A stretch of DNA of 64,000 nucleotides, from assembly GCF_006345805.1 (NCBI RefSeq), contig NC_042999.1, positions 161,820,001-161,884,000 of the forward strand, in the 5' to 3' direction. Positions within the stretch are counted from its first letter, which is position 1; every line of letters begins with the position of its first letter. Under the pieces are notes generated by a model. It was not told the DNA's origin, searched no databases, and saw nothing but the letters and a program-made list of their open reading frames with translations. The stretch comes from Octopus sinensis. Lineage: Eukaryota. The position numbers and the translations under genes were made by a program. Shown here one piece after another: positions 23,308-34,942 of the stretch.

Positions 23308-24449
23308 TATTTCTTTACTGCTCATAAGGGTCTGAACATAGAGGGGACAAACAAGGACAGACAAAGGGATTAAGTCGATTACATCGACCCAGTGCGAAAC
23401 TGGTACTTTATTTATCGACCCCGAGAGGATGAAAGGCAAAGTCGACCACGGCGGAATTTGAACTCACAACGTAACGGCAGACGAAATACCTATTTCTTTA
23501 CTACCCTCAAGGGGTTAAACACAGAGGGGACAAACAAGGACAGACAAAGGGATTAAGTCAATTACATCGACCCAGTGCGAAACTGGTACTTTATTTATCG
23601 ACCCCGAGAGGATGAAAGGCAAAGTCGACCACGGCGGAATTTGAACTCACAACGTAACGGCAGACGAAATACCTATTTCTTTACTACCCTCAAGGGGTTA
23701 AACACAGAGGGGACAAACAAGGACAGACAAAGGGATTAAGTCAATTACATCGACCCAGTGCGAAACTGGTACTTTATTTATCGACCCCGAGAGGATGAAA
23801 GGCAAAGTCGACACGGCGGAATTTGAACTCACAACGTAACGGCAGACGAAATACCTATTTCTTTACTACCCTCAAGGGGTTAACCAGAGGGACAAACAAG
23901 GACAGACAAAGGGATTAAGTCAATTACATCGACCCAGTGCGAAACTGGTACTTATTTATCGACCCCAAGAGGATGAAAGGCAAAGTCGACCACGGCGGAA
24001 TTTGAACTCACAACGTAACGGCAGACGAAATACCTATTTCTTTACTACCCTCAAGGGGCTAAACACAGAGGGGACAAACAAGGACAGACAAAGGGATTAA
24101 GTCGATTACATCGACCCAGTGCTAAACTGATACTTTATTTATCGACCCCGAGAGGATGAAAGGCAAAGTCGACCACGGCGGAATTTGAACTCAGAACGTA
24201 ACGGCAGACGAAATACCTATTTTTTTACTACCCTCAAGGGGCTAAACATAGAGGGGACAAACAAGGACAGTCAAAGGGATTAAGTCGATTACATCGACCC
24301 AGTGCGAAACTGATACTTTATTTATCGACCCCGAGAGGATGAAAGGCAAAGTTGACCACGGCGGAATTTGAACTCAGAACGTAACGGCAGACGAAATACC
24401 GCAAAGCATTTCGCCTGGCACGCTAACATTTCTGCCAGCTCGCCGCCTT
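23308..24449 (-). mobile_element. Type-B SINE concatemer: one head plus six ~183-bp body units
   Basis: Units start at 23308, 23491, 23674, 23856, 24035 and 24218; single head at 24401-24449; flanking taagaaata at 23297-23305 and 24449-24457. Confidence 0.95.
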
Positions 24450-25439
24450 AAGAAATAGCTAGCATATATAAGTAAGACTAGTTTGTTAATGAGAGACATG
24501 ATATTGCCATGTCACACTGCTTCATGATGGAGTGTACAGTAGAATCTCAAATCGTACTGAAATGTTTGATTAGCTACTTCTGCCTCTGATGCCTATATGT
24601 TTGGGGCAGAGTTAACCAAGAAGTCTTAACTATAAGCATCACTGCCACTATCACCAACATTATAACCAGAAACCAACTATGAGCCTCTACATCAAATGTT
24701 TCAAAAAATTTTACGTGCTGGTCTCCTTACAGTTTTTTTGATGATTCACAGTCCCTTATAAAAAGCAGGATAAGTAACATGGAAAAAACCGACATACTTT
24801 CATGCACCGTATTTTCCAGACTATGAACCGCTCTGCCAATAAACCAGCAACCCCCAAAAACCACAACTTAATCCACCCCCACCCCCCCCCACTGAACTAC
24901 AATAAATACACATGAAAATATGGGGAATCAGTTGATCAATTGGTTAGAAAGCAAATGAGAAACTGAAACAGTCTGAAAATATCCCAAGTATCCCGTATTA
25001 ACAACTGCGTAAGACCCATTTATACCCATTTGGCAGAAAGAAACCAGAGGTCATACACCAAAAATTACAGTGGGTTTTGAGCTTTTGGCATCACCTTCCC
25101 CTTTTGCCATGTTTTGAGATGTTATTCTTCCCCATTGGCAGGTCATTCCTCATATTGATTTTCGAAGAGGTGTATTTCAATCAATTTAGATATTTTCGCA
25201 GAAGAATTATAATAGAATCCGAAAATGTACATAAGTTTATGCCAGTTAGACCACTAGTTTCTGCTGACTGGACCACAGGAAACCATAATTTTAATAGAAA
25301 CACCCTCTTCTCCTCCTCCTCCTCTGAAGGTTTGTTGTCTCTTTTCCTTAATCTCTGATACATAACATGACAATAAAAAAATCATATAAGAAATTATTTA
25401 CTCACAAAACCAGACCATCTGTCATTTTATTTACAGCAA

Positions 25440-26770
25440 AGTTCAGTGTCATGGGTGTACCTGCTTTGCAGCAACCAGCTGTTCTATATTCGGCACTGTT
25501 TTGGAGAGGGCAACCCTCATTTCTCGTGTGACATCCAGTCAACTACGTGACTTCATTTTGATGGCAAAGAGAGTGGAAAACGGGATCTCACACTCATAGG
25601 TGGTTGGAAATGGCATCAGTACTTAAAGAACCATCTTTGTGACATCAGGATATGATTGTGCTATTTCAATCCAAAAGTCAGAACAGCATATTTCACAGGA
25701 AAACATTTTTCCTCTCGATCATTGACCAAATCAATGAACTGCTCTTGAATTGAATTGTCTTGTGTTGGCAGATCACTAACAGAGAGCACAAAGGGGTTCC
25801 TGATAAAGCAGCAGTGTTTGTCAAGGTCATGAAGATCAGGAAAATAAAGAGATATTTCTCTGCCAAATATTGACTTGTGTTGTTTCAGGAGTTCAATGAT
25901 ATCGGACTTGAAGCTCATTTTAATCAATAAGCACGTTTAGTTGAGGAAATGATGCAAAGTTCTTTCTATCCAACTTTTAGTGCCAAAATTCAAGCTTCAT
26001 TTTCAAAGCAATTAGTTTTTCATGAGAATGAAGCATGGTTATATCTTACCCTTGTAGTAAAAGATTGACAGCATTCACTGACTTGAATGTCCACCAAAAA
26101 TGCAAAGCAGATCAGAAAATAAAGGTCGGAGAATTTGACATGTAAATCTGGTTTGGCATCTTGTAAAAAAAATCGTTGACTACATTTTGTAGAAGGAAGA
26201 CCCTCTTTGTTGTTTTCCCTCACGAAAGCCATCTCACTTCTGAGTGCAACAGAAGCACTTTGAGTTCAGAATCATTTTCTTTGCACAACTTGGCAAACAG
26301 ACGAGAGTTGAGTGTGTTCACTGTCATCACATAATTAAGAACATTTTTTAAAAATCATCAGCCATGGTTGTTCACCATTAGTGCTTGTCGATAAGTTGTA
26401 CAGTGTATACCAATAGCACCTGGAGACTTTTCTTTCACCAAATCTGAAAGCTGGAATGGCAAGCAAGCATTGCTGAAGCACCGTCAGTGCACACGCCAAT
26501 GACAGGCTCCCAGTTGACATCATGTGCCTCAAAAGACTTGTCCATTTTCTTACATATTTCCCTTGTGGTTGTTTTGGTGCTGAGGGTTTCGCAAAATAGG
26601 AATTCATCTTCCAGGTGATTGTTATGTACATAACATACATAAACGCACAGTTGGGCCAAGTTGGCAGCAACCACTCATTTTGAGTCTCACAAGTGTCATT
26701 ATCTTAGTTACTTTCCGTGAAAAGTTTTTACCCAGTCAGACAACAGGATTTCAAAGCACATGTTGTCAAC
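25440..26770 (-). mobile_element. hAT transposase remnant (Buster/Charlie, ZBED8/FAM200-like)
   Basis: NLAQLCVYVCYVHNNHLEDEFLFCETL, VIGVCTDGASAML, FIRNPF, EQFIDL, LMPFPTTYECEIPFS motifs, with many frameshifts. Confidence 0.85.
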
Positions 26771-26907
26771 TGTAAACACTCATGTCAAAGTGGAAGAGGC
26801 AAGGAGATCACAAGTTCACAACAACAACACTATCACTATCAAACTGATACTACTAATACAATATTTTCAACTATACACATTACCAAAACTATTATCCTCA
26901 CTATTAA

Positions 26908-27128
26908 CCCTTTCGTTACCGTATTTATTTTGAGATCCTCTGAGTTTCTTTCAATTATTTTAAATATAACAAAGAATTTAGTAAAATGATTTAGTTATCT
27001 TTCAGCTAGTGTTAAGAACATAAATTGTGACTAAGGTTTGGTGGAAGATTTTAATTCAAAACTTATGAAAATAAAACATTTGTAGTACAGATCCAGAGCC
27101 GGTTTCAGCCGGGTTGGTAATGAAAGGG
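26908..27128. mobile_element. piggyBac-type MITE (TTAA flanks)
   Basis: TTAA-ccctttcgttacc ... ggtaatgaaaggg-TTAA (TIR 12/13 match); 221 bp. Confidence 0.85.
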
Positions 27129-28040
27129 TTAAAGGAGCTTCTACATGATCAATCAACCTGCCAGAAATAGCAGTCATATCCCCTTTAAATCATATCCCAC
27201 TATCTTATCAAGAGGATTCAGTTAAAACTACACTTCATGATGTTGTATTAGTTATATGATATGTGAAAATGCTTAACACAGGATGGTCAAGGCTGGAAAA
27301 GGTTTCTTTGATTGGGTTGATTCGGGGCTAAACAATGACAACACTATAACCAAAACACTATTATCATGACAAACCAGGATAGAAGCTTCTACATGGCCAT
27401 TCGACCTACTAGACATAATAGCCAATTTTTCTCAATCTACACCCTACTGTATTAGAAAAAGACATATTGGATGGATTATGTGGTTGTGGGTTCATTGCAT
27501 GTAGGAAAACATTGAATGGTCATGCCGATCTTAACCCTAATTACAACCATCTGCATCACCATTAGCACTATCATGAACAGCAATTACTACCACCAAAGCT
27601 AAAAAAAAAATTCAGTAGACATTTGCATTCTGCAAATTTAGTTAAAAATCCCCCCACCCAGCCTTTTTGTTTGTTTATTTTATTTTTTTCTGCTTTATAT
27701 CACAAATGGGACTTCCTTTGGAAAGATCAACTACTAGAAAGGTCAGCCTCTATAAAGGTTAACAACTCCAGCAATCGGCAAGTCTATATAATATTTGTTA
27801 TTTTTAGGGTGGTGAAGAGAGAGTCGACAATGATGCTACCCAGTTATGTAACTCTGGACCACTCTCATTTCTCAGATTAAATTCACTTGTGTAAGAGGGT
27901 GAGATATCAATTTTGATATTTGGAGTGACAAAGGTAGGGTGGGTCAATGAAGTACCAGTAATATATTGCAGTCAATTCAATTGTCCAACTTTTCCTGTCT
28001 GTGTAATATTTTCTCAAAGATAAATAACAACAACAATAAT

Positions 28041-28441
28041 CTTTTACTTGTTTCAGTAATTTGACTGTGGCCATGCTGGAGCACCGCCTTTAGTCGAGCA
28101 AATCAACCCCAGGACAATTCTTTGTAAGCCTAGTACTTATTCTATTAGTGTCTTTTGCCGAACTGCTGAGTTACGGGGATGCAAACACACCACCATCGGT
28201 TGTCAAGCGATGTTGGGGGGACAAACACAGACACACAAATATACGCACACACATATACATATATATACATATATATACAACGGGCTTCTTTCAGTTTCCG
28301 TCTACGAAATCCACTCACAAGGCTTTGGTTGGCCCAAGGCTATAGTAGAAGACACTTGCTCAAGGTGCCACGCAGTGGGAATGAACCTGAAACCATGTGG
28401 CTGGTAAGCAAGCTACTTACCTCACAGCCACTCCTGCACCT
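28041..28441 (-). mobile_element. Type-A SINE
   Basis: Full-length match. Confidence 0.9.
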
Positions 28442-29149
28442 AATAATAATAATAATCATAATATGGCAACCAACCATAGAAATCATTCCAGAACAGACAA
28501 TGGAGATTGATACAGCCCCTGGCCTTACCAGCTTCGTTCAAACTGTTTAACCCATGCCAGCATGGGAAAAAATGTTAAAGGATGATAAGGAGGATGGGTA
28601 CCTGAGATAACCAGTTTATTGCCTCAACATTTATATGCAAGAGGTGACTTTTAGATAGAGCCGAAATGTTCTGCCCATCACTTTAGTGTCAGTGACTTCT
28701 CTGTTAATAAAAAAAGGTCATCAGGCCTAAACAGGAGGCAGTTCTTATTGCTTAGAGTCCATATACATTGAGGGTACACCATCATGCATCTCCACAACCG
28801 TCCTCTTTCTCTTTCTCTCTCTCTCTCTCTCTAACCAAGACAGCTAGGTATCTCCTCTACAGCAAGACACCTATTTCTGTCCCTCTACCATAGTTTAACC
28901 TTTCATCACCTGGCACAAGCCACCTCCCTCAGTATTACATCCCATCTCAGTTGAGAGGTCTTTGTCTTGCAAGTTACTTGCTTACCTTGTCAGTGCTGAT
29001 GTCATGTAAAAAGCACCCAGTACATTCTGTAAAATAGTTGTAATTAGGAAGGGCATCCAACAGTAGAAACCATGCTAAAACTTACCAGCTCCTGTCAAAC
29101 TGTACAATTCATGTCAGCATGAAACACAGACATTAAATGATGATGGTAA

Positions 29150-29360
29150 TGATATATGTGACCTCGTCTGTATCACTAGCGATTTTTTTCCTCTGTCTTC
29201 CCTTCTCGGGATCTTTCCTTCTCCTATGTTTCCGACGAAGAGCTCCGCTCGAAACGTCAAACCCTCCTTCTTCCCTTCTTTCCTGAGTGTCCAATAATAC
29301 TTTATTTGTTCCACGTCCTTGCATTGTTGTCTTTTTGTTTTCTTGTTTGGATTAACTTTA
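29150..29360 (+). mobile_element. Penelope-like terminal-repeat (pLTR) fragment
   Basis: Pyrimidine-rich segment carrying a minimal hammerhead motif and ending in (TA)n. Minimal hammerheads are a known hallmark of Penelope pLTRs; the assignment rests on this motif. Confidence 0.55.
29228..29262 (+). ncRNA. Minimal type-I hammerhead ribozyme motif (variant core)
   Basis: gttt-CCGACGA-a-gagc(tcc)gctc-GAAAC-GTC-aaac: stem I gttt/aaac, stem II gagc/gctc, palindromic ACGT stem III, predicted cleavage after C29258. U4 is replaced by C. Confidence 0.6.
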
Positions 29361-29737
29361 TATATATATATATATATATATATACATACATATAGAAACA
29401 CCTTTATATATATCATTTATATACACATGTATATATAATGATTATCAAAAAGTGAAAAGAGCATACATGTATTTTCATATAATTCTTTTATTTTTTTATC
29501 ATCTAAACTCAGTATCCTTTTATTGTGGCACTTTACCATAAGTTTCTGTGGATAGTATTTGAAATCTAGCCAGTGTTTTATATACACATGGTAGAATTAC
29601 TGGGAATTGCTATTTAAGGGAGCAAATCACCTCTAAGTTTATATTTTTTTATGTTGAAAAATCATTCTGAAAGATTGAAAAGAGCAGACATATTTCCATA
29701 TAATTCTTTTACTTTTTTATTAGCTAAACTCCTTTAA

Positions 29738-29958
29738 CCCTTTAGTGTTTAAACCGACCCTATCCGGCCAAAATATTCTACCTGTTTTATGTTCAAACTA
29801 GTCAGATATGGTCATTCATAGCTACCTTATTGTGTCATTTTAAAAAATAAACAATCACATCATTGAAATCTCAAAGCCATGAAATGATGCAAGATTAATT
29901 TTACATGGTGTGAATACATAGGCTTTACGTTTGACAGGATAATTTGAATGCTAATGGG
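29738..29958. mobile_element. piggyBac-type MITE, family 2
   Basis: TTAA-ccctttagtgttt ... gaatgctaatggg-TTAA; homologous to 54574-54793. Confidence 0.8.
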
Positions 29959-30099
29959 TTAAGTCTCTGGTAGTCATGGATAGTACCATTTCATCCTCTT
30001 TCTGGACTCTTTAGCACAACTCTTTAGCTTAGGGAAACCAACCTCCTGAACCATGAGCTGTAAACATTGCATCAAGAAAAATGAACAAACAAGCAAGCA

Positions 30100-31790
30100 A
30101 GCAAGCAATGCAAAAAACCAGCATTCAGACTTGGATGTTGGAACATAAGGACCATGACAACTGGTCTGTCAGGGGACCTTCAAGAAATCAGCAACACACA
30201 CTAGACACACAACTAGTGATCAACAACAAACTGCTTCGACTCTGAGTGGACATTGCAGCACTCCAGGAAAAGCAACTCCTAGACTCAAGGACCCTTCGTG
30301 AAAGAGACTATACCTTTTGGGGGCAAGAGAAAGGCACAGATGAAGTTAGAGAGCATGGTGTCAGCTTTGCCATGAAAAACTCTCTTCTGAAGTTGGTAGA
30401 ACTCAACAGTGATGGCTCAGAGTGGATACTTTTTCTTCGATTGCACACTTTTGATGGGCCTGTCAACTTTATCAGTGCATATGCTCCAATACTCTATTCC
30501 TCACAAGATGCCAAGGATAAGTTCTATGATCAGCTCTCTAGGAAAATACAGGCAATTCCAAATTGAGAACAGCTGGTGCTACTTGGTAATTTTAACACCA
30601 GAGAGGAAACTGATCACGACTACCGGCTGGGATGTCTGGGTCAGTACGGGGTTAGCAATATGAACGAAAATGGGCAACTATGTGTCACCAACACCTACTT
30701 CCAGGCCAAAGCTCAACACAGAATTTCCTGGAGTCACCCTCACTCAGAGCACTGGCACCAGCCAGATTTGATTATCACAAGACCCAGACAACTGAGGAAT
30801 GTTCTCCTGATTCAATCTTTTCAGAGTGCTAACTGTGACATAGACCACTGCCTGGTTTGCTGTAATCTCAAATCCCATCCAAAAGTGATGCACAGTGCCA
30901 AACCCCCAGGCAAGCAGCACATCAATATTACCACAACCAAACAACCAACTAAGACAGATACATTCCTCAAGATACTGGAAAACGCCCTTCTTGCAAACCC
31001 ATCGGGAGGCAATGTTCAGCAGAGATAGGACTCTCTCAGAGACATCATCCACAGCACTGCACTGTGGGCCTTTGAGAAGAGGAGGAAAATGAGACACAAC
31101 TGGTTTGAGGCGAATGTGAAAGAACTCAATACCCCAATAGAGGAGAAGCATAAACACCAATCCACCAGGGCAATGCTGCAGGCATTGAGATCAGCAAGGA
31201 ACAGCATGCAGAATACAGGGAGACAGTGTGCAAATGACTACTGGTAACAACTAGATGCAGATATCAAACTGTCGTTTGACACAGGCAACATTAGTGGAAT
31301 GCATGAGGGTATTAAGGAAGCCATCAGCCTAACTCAGGGCACGATAGTTCCACTCAAATCTAGAACAGGGGAATTTATCAAGGACGAAAGAGAGCAGCTG
31401 GAGAGATGAGTGGAACATTATTCCGAAGTCTATGCCAAAGAAAAAAAAAAACCATCTCGGACGGTGTGCTAGATACCTATTTCTTTATTACCCACAAGGG
31501 GCTAAACACAGAGGGGACAAACAAGGACAGACATAGGTATTAAGTCGATTACATCGACCCCAGTGCGTAACTGGTACTTAATTTATCGACCCCGAAAGGA
31601 TGAAAGGCAAAGTCGACCACAGCGGAATTTGAACTCACAACGTAACGACAAACGAAATACGGCTACGCATTTCGCCTGGCGTGCTAACGTTTCTGCCAGC
31701 TATGGTGTGCTAGATACCATAGAACACCTACCCGTTGTGAAGGAGCTGAACACACTTCCAACTGCTGATGATCTGATCAGAGCCATTGAA
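30100..31790 (+). mobile_element. Second RTE lineage: AP-endonuclease region and linker, 3'-truncated, interrupted by a SINE
   Basis: GCWNIRTM, DIAALQE, EHGVSFAM, SAYAP, LLGNFN, HWHQPDLIITR, SANCDIDHCLV are APE endonuclease motifs of RTE elements; contains stops and frameshifts. Confidence 0.88.
31478..31703 (-). mobile_element. Type-B SINE with perfect 15-bp TSD
   Basis: TSD ggtgtgctagatacc at 31463-31477 and 31704-31718; first ~8 nt of the head are missing. Confidence 0.94.
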
Positions 31791-31966
31791 TAATTAATAC
31801 TAGATTAAATAATTAATACTAGACCAAAATGTTCTATCCACAGTGCAAAACTATATAACGATTTTGTCCAATAGACCAAACCATACACCATACTGGCACC
31901 AATGAATACATTGAGCTTGGAAAGCATATGCATTAATATATATATTTATAGATATCTTTCTCTCTA

Positions 31967-32377
31967 ACTCTTTTACTCTTTTACTTGTTTCAGTCATTTG
32001 ACTGCGGCCATGCTGGAGCACCGCTTTTAATCGAACAAATCGACCCCGGGACTTATTCTTTTTGTAAGCCCAGTACTTATTCTATCGGTCTCTTTTGCCG
32101 AACCGCTAAGTGACGGGGACGTAAACACACCAGCATTGGTTGTCAAGTAATGCTAGGGGGACAAACACAGACACACTAACACACACACACACATATATAT
32201 ATATACATATATATGACAGGCTTCTTTCAGTTTCCGTCTACCAAATCCAATCACAAGGCATTGGTCGGCCCGGGGCTATAGCAGAAGACACTTGCCCAAG
32301 ATGCCACGCAGTGGGACTGAACCCGGAACCATGTGGTTGGTAGGCAAGCTACTTACCACACAGCCACTCCTGCGCCT
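31967..32377 (-). mobile_element. Type-A SINE
   Basis: Full-length match. Confidence 0.93.
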
Positions 32378-32809
32378 ATTTATATCATTTTGAATTCACA
32401 GCCTAAGTTTTTCAAACTCATGTTGTTCCCTAGCAGACTGTTACTACTAGTAAGAGTGTATATGCATGCATGCATGTGTGTGTGTGTGCGTGTGCGTGTG
32501 TGTGTGTGTATGTGTGTGTGTGTGTGTGCACATGTTTATGCATGTGTGTGTGCTTCTGTGTGTATTTATGTAAGGAAAAAGCAGGACCAGTAGAGTATCA
32601 GATATTTTTTTGTGGTATTTGGTAATATTCTAAATGTCTGATCCACATTGTCTTTCACCTTCCCAAAACTGACCAAATATATATAGTGAATAAAATTACT
32701 TATTGCAATTGAGGTAACCATGTCCATAGTAGAAGATAAGTCCCAAAATGGCCATAATTCATTAAATGAAACCCATGAAAGAATTAAAGAATATGCTTGT
32801 TTATTTCAG

Positions 32810-33013
32810 ATCAATACAAAAGTCAGGGAAGTTCATTCAAATAAAGATCCCCTGCAAACGTCTGAACATAAATTAACATCATCATCAAATACTTCAATCT
32901 GGAAAACAGCATTTTCCAAATTTGCAGCAGAATCAAAGACAAAGTTACTCAAAATTCCTTCGGCAGTGGATAGCACAATGGAGACAGCAACAGAAATGGA
33001 AGAAGAATCTTAA
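32810..33013 (+). CDS. Candidate terminal coding exon of an unidentified gene
   Basis: Strong acceptor gcttgtttatttcag at 32795-32809; 67 open codons (INTKVREVHSNKDPLQ...SIWKTAFSKF...EMEEES*) in non-repeat sequence. No upstream exon identified. Confidence 0.4.
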   Translation: MNTKVREVHSNKDPLQTSEHKLTSSSNTSIWKTAFSKFAAESKTKLLKIPSAVDSTMETATEMEEES

Positions 33014-33089
33014 ATTTTGGTTGTGGGAAAATTAAAGTGTCAACTACAGGGAAGTATGGAGTATGTACATATGTGTGCGGCACATACGC

Positions 33090-33199
33090 ACGCATGCACA
33101 CACACACACCACACACACACACACAGGTATGTGTCTTCTATATGTGTGTGTGTGTGTGTATTTATATGCACACACACACATATATATACAGCTCTCTCA

Positions 33200-33235
<36 letters not shown>

Positions 33236-33290
33236 GTGTGTGTATATATATATGCACACACACACATATATATACAGCTCTCTCTCTCTC

Positions 33291-33323
<33 letters not shown>

Positions 33324-33408
33324 ATATATTTATATATATATATGTGTGTGTGTGTATATATATATATATATAATATATATATACACACACACACACATAT
33401 ATATACAG

Positions 33409-33442
<34 letters not shown>

Positions 33443-33570
33443 GCGTGTGTGTATATTTATATATATATATATATGTGTGTATATATATATATATATATAC
33501 ACACACACGTATCTGTACACAAACAATATATGTGTGTCTGTGTGTTGAGACATATGTGTGTGTGTGTGTG
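33090..33570. repeat. Compound (CA)/(TA)/(CT)/(TG) microsatellite with higher-order repetition
   Basis: The block cacacatatatatacagctctctc recurs three times (near 33175, 33262, 33393). Confidence 0.9.
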
Positions 33571-33780
33571 GTGTTTTATGGTACAAATAGAAGAAATGGC
33601 ATTGAATATGTGAATTTGATCATATTGTATTTTTTTGTTAGCTATAAAGGGACTGAAGGTTTCAAGTCATTGATATAAAATTACATCTATGAAATAAAGA
33701 AATATGTTACAATTCTATATTTGTGAGGTGAGGAATTTATATTACGTGCAGTTGTTCGTGGTTAATATTTAAATCTAAAT

Positions 33781-34172
33781 ACTCTTTTACTCTTTTATTT
33801 GTTTCAGTCATTTGACTGCGGCCATGCTGGAGCACCGCTTTTAATCGAGCAACTCGACCCCGGGACTTATTCTTTTGTAAGCCCAGAACTTATTCTATCA
33901 GTCTCTTTTGCCGAACCGCTAAGTAACGGGGACATAAACACACCAGCATCGGTTGTCAAGCGATGCTAGAGAGACAAACACAAACACATACACACACATA
34001 CATATATACGACAGGCTTCTTTCAGTTTCTGTCTACCAAATCCACTCACAAGGCATTGGTCGGCCCGGGGCTATAGCAGAAGACACTTGCCCAAGGTGCC
34101 ACACAGTGGGACTGAACCCGGAACCATGTGGTGGGTTAGCAAGCTACTTACCACACAGCCACTCCTGCGCCT
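33781..34172 (-). mobile_element. Type-A SINE
   Basis: Full-length match. Confidence 0.93.
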
Positions 34173-34382
34173 GTTTTGAGACTGTTTTTACAAATAGCAA
34201 GCTTTATTTACAGATATCTGTCATTTAAATGTGAAAACATAGAAATGAATTGTTTACAACATCAAATAGGACAATAAATAAAATGTAAACAGTTCGGTTG
34301 GCAAGAAGGCAATCCATATGAACCTACGTGTTAAAGTGATGTGAATTAGGATAAGCACAATGTACTCTTCCATAGTACATAC

Positions 34383-34521
34383 CTCATGTTGACACCTACA
34401 CGCCAGACTGAACACGGTTTTATCTCCAGAGTGAATATTGCAAGTGATATTTAAACAATTAACAGTTCTTTGGCTTTTGTATTTGACGACTGTTGCTTTA
34501 AGTATTTTATTTCGATTTTCA
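34383..34521 (-). CDS. Candidate internal exon (139 nt)
   Basis: Acceptor ttgttacatcag and donor GAG|gtatgt; open frame ENRNKILKATVVKYKSQRTVNCLNITCNIHSGDKTVFSLACRCQHE. No partner exons found. Confidence 0.3.
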
Positions 34522-34779
34522 CTGATGTAACAACAGGATACACAACAGTAGTTTCAAATAAAAATAAAAATGGAAGTTTTAATCATCCAATGGACAGGCC
34601 ATAAGGATTACAAAAATAGCGATTCTCACTTTGAAACTGAAAATTTTGAAAATCTTTTTAGGTTACGGAACACCCTGCTCTCTCAAGCATCCATATTTAA
34701 AATTTCAGCATGAGCGGATGAACAATCCTTGAGTTATAAGTGCACAAAAACAGACAGACAGAATGGGATTTATATATTA

Positions 34780-34823
<44 letters not shown>

Positions 34824-34870
34824 CAGAGAGATTTTTATGTATATGTGTATGTATATGTATGTGTGTGGTG

Positions 34871-34938
<68 letters not shown>

Positions 34939-34942
34939 ATTA

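Noticed and set aside
24805-25072. pogo/Tigger-like MITE
   Set aside because: Only weak terminal similarity (ccgtattttccagactat / ctgtaatttttggtgtat); too degenerate to call.
30000-30100. HDV-like ribozyme upstream of the RTE endonuclease
   Set aside because: Expected for some RTE 5' UTRs, but the nested double-pseudoknot pairing could not be found.
33017-33678. Long ORFs (118-213 aa) in both orientations
   Set aside because: Dinucleotide-repeat translations.
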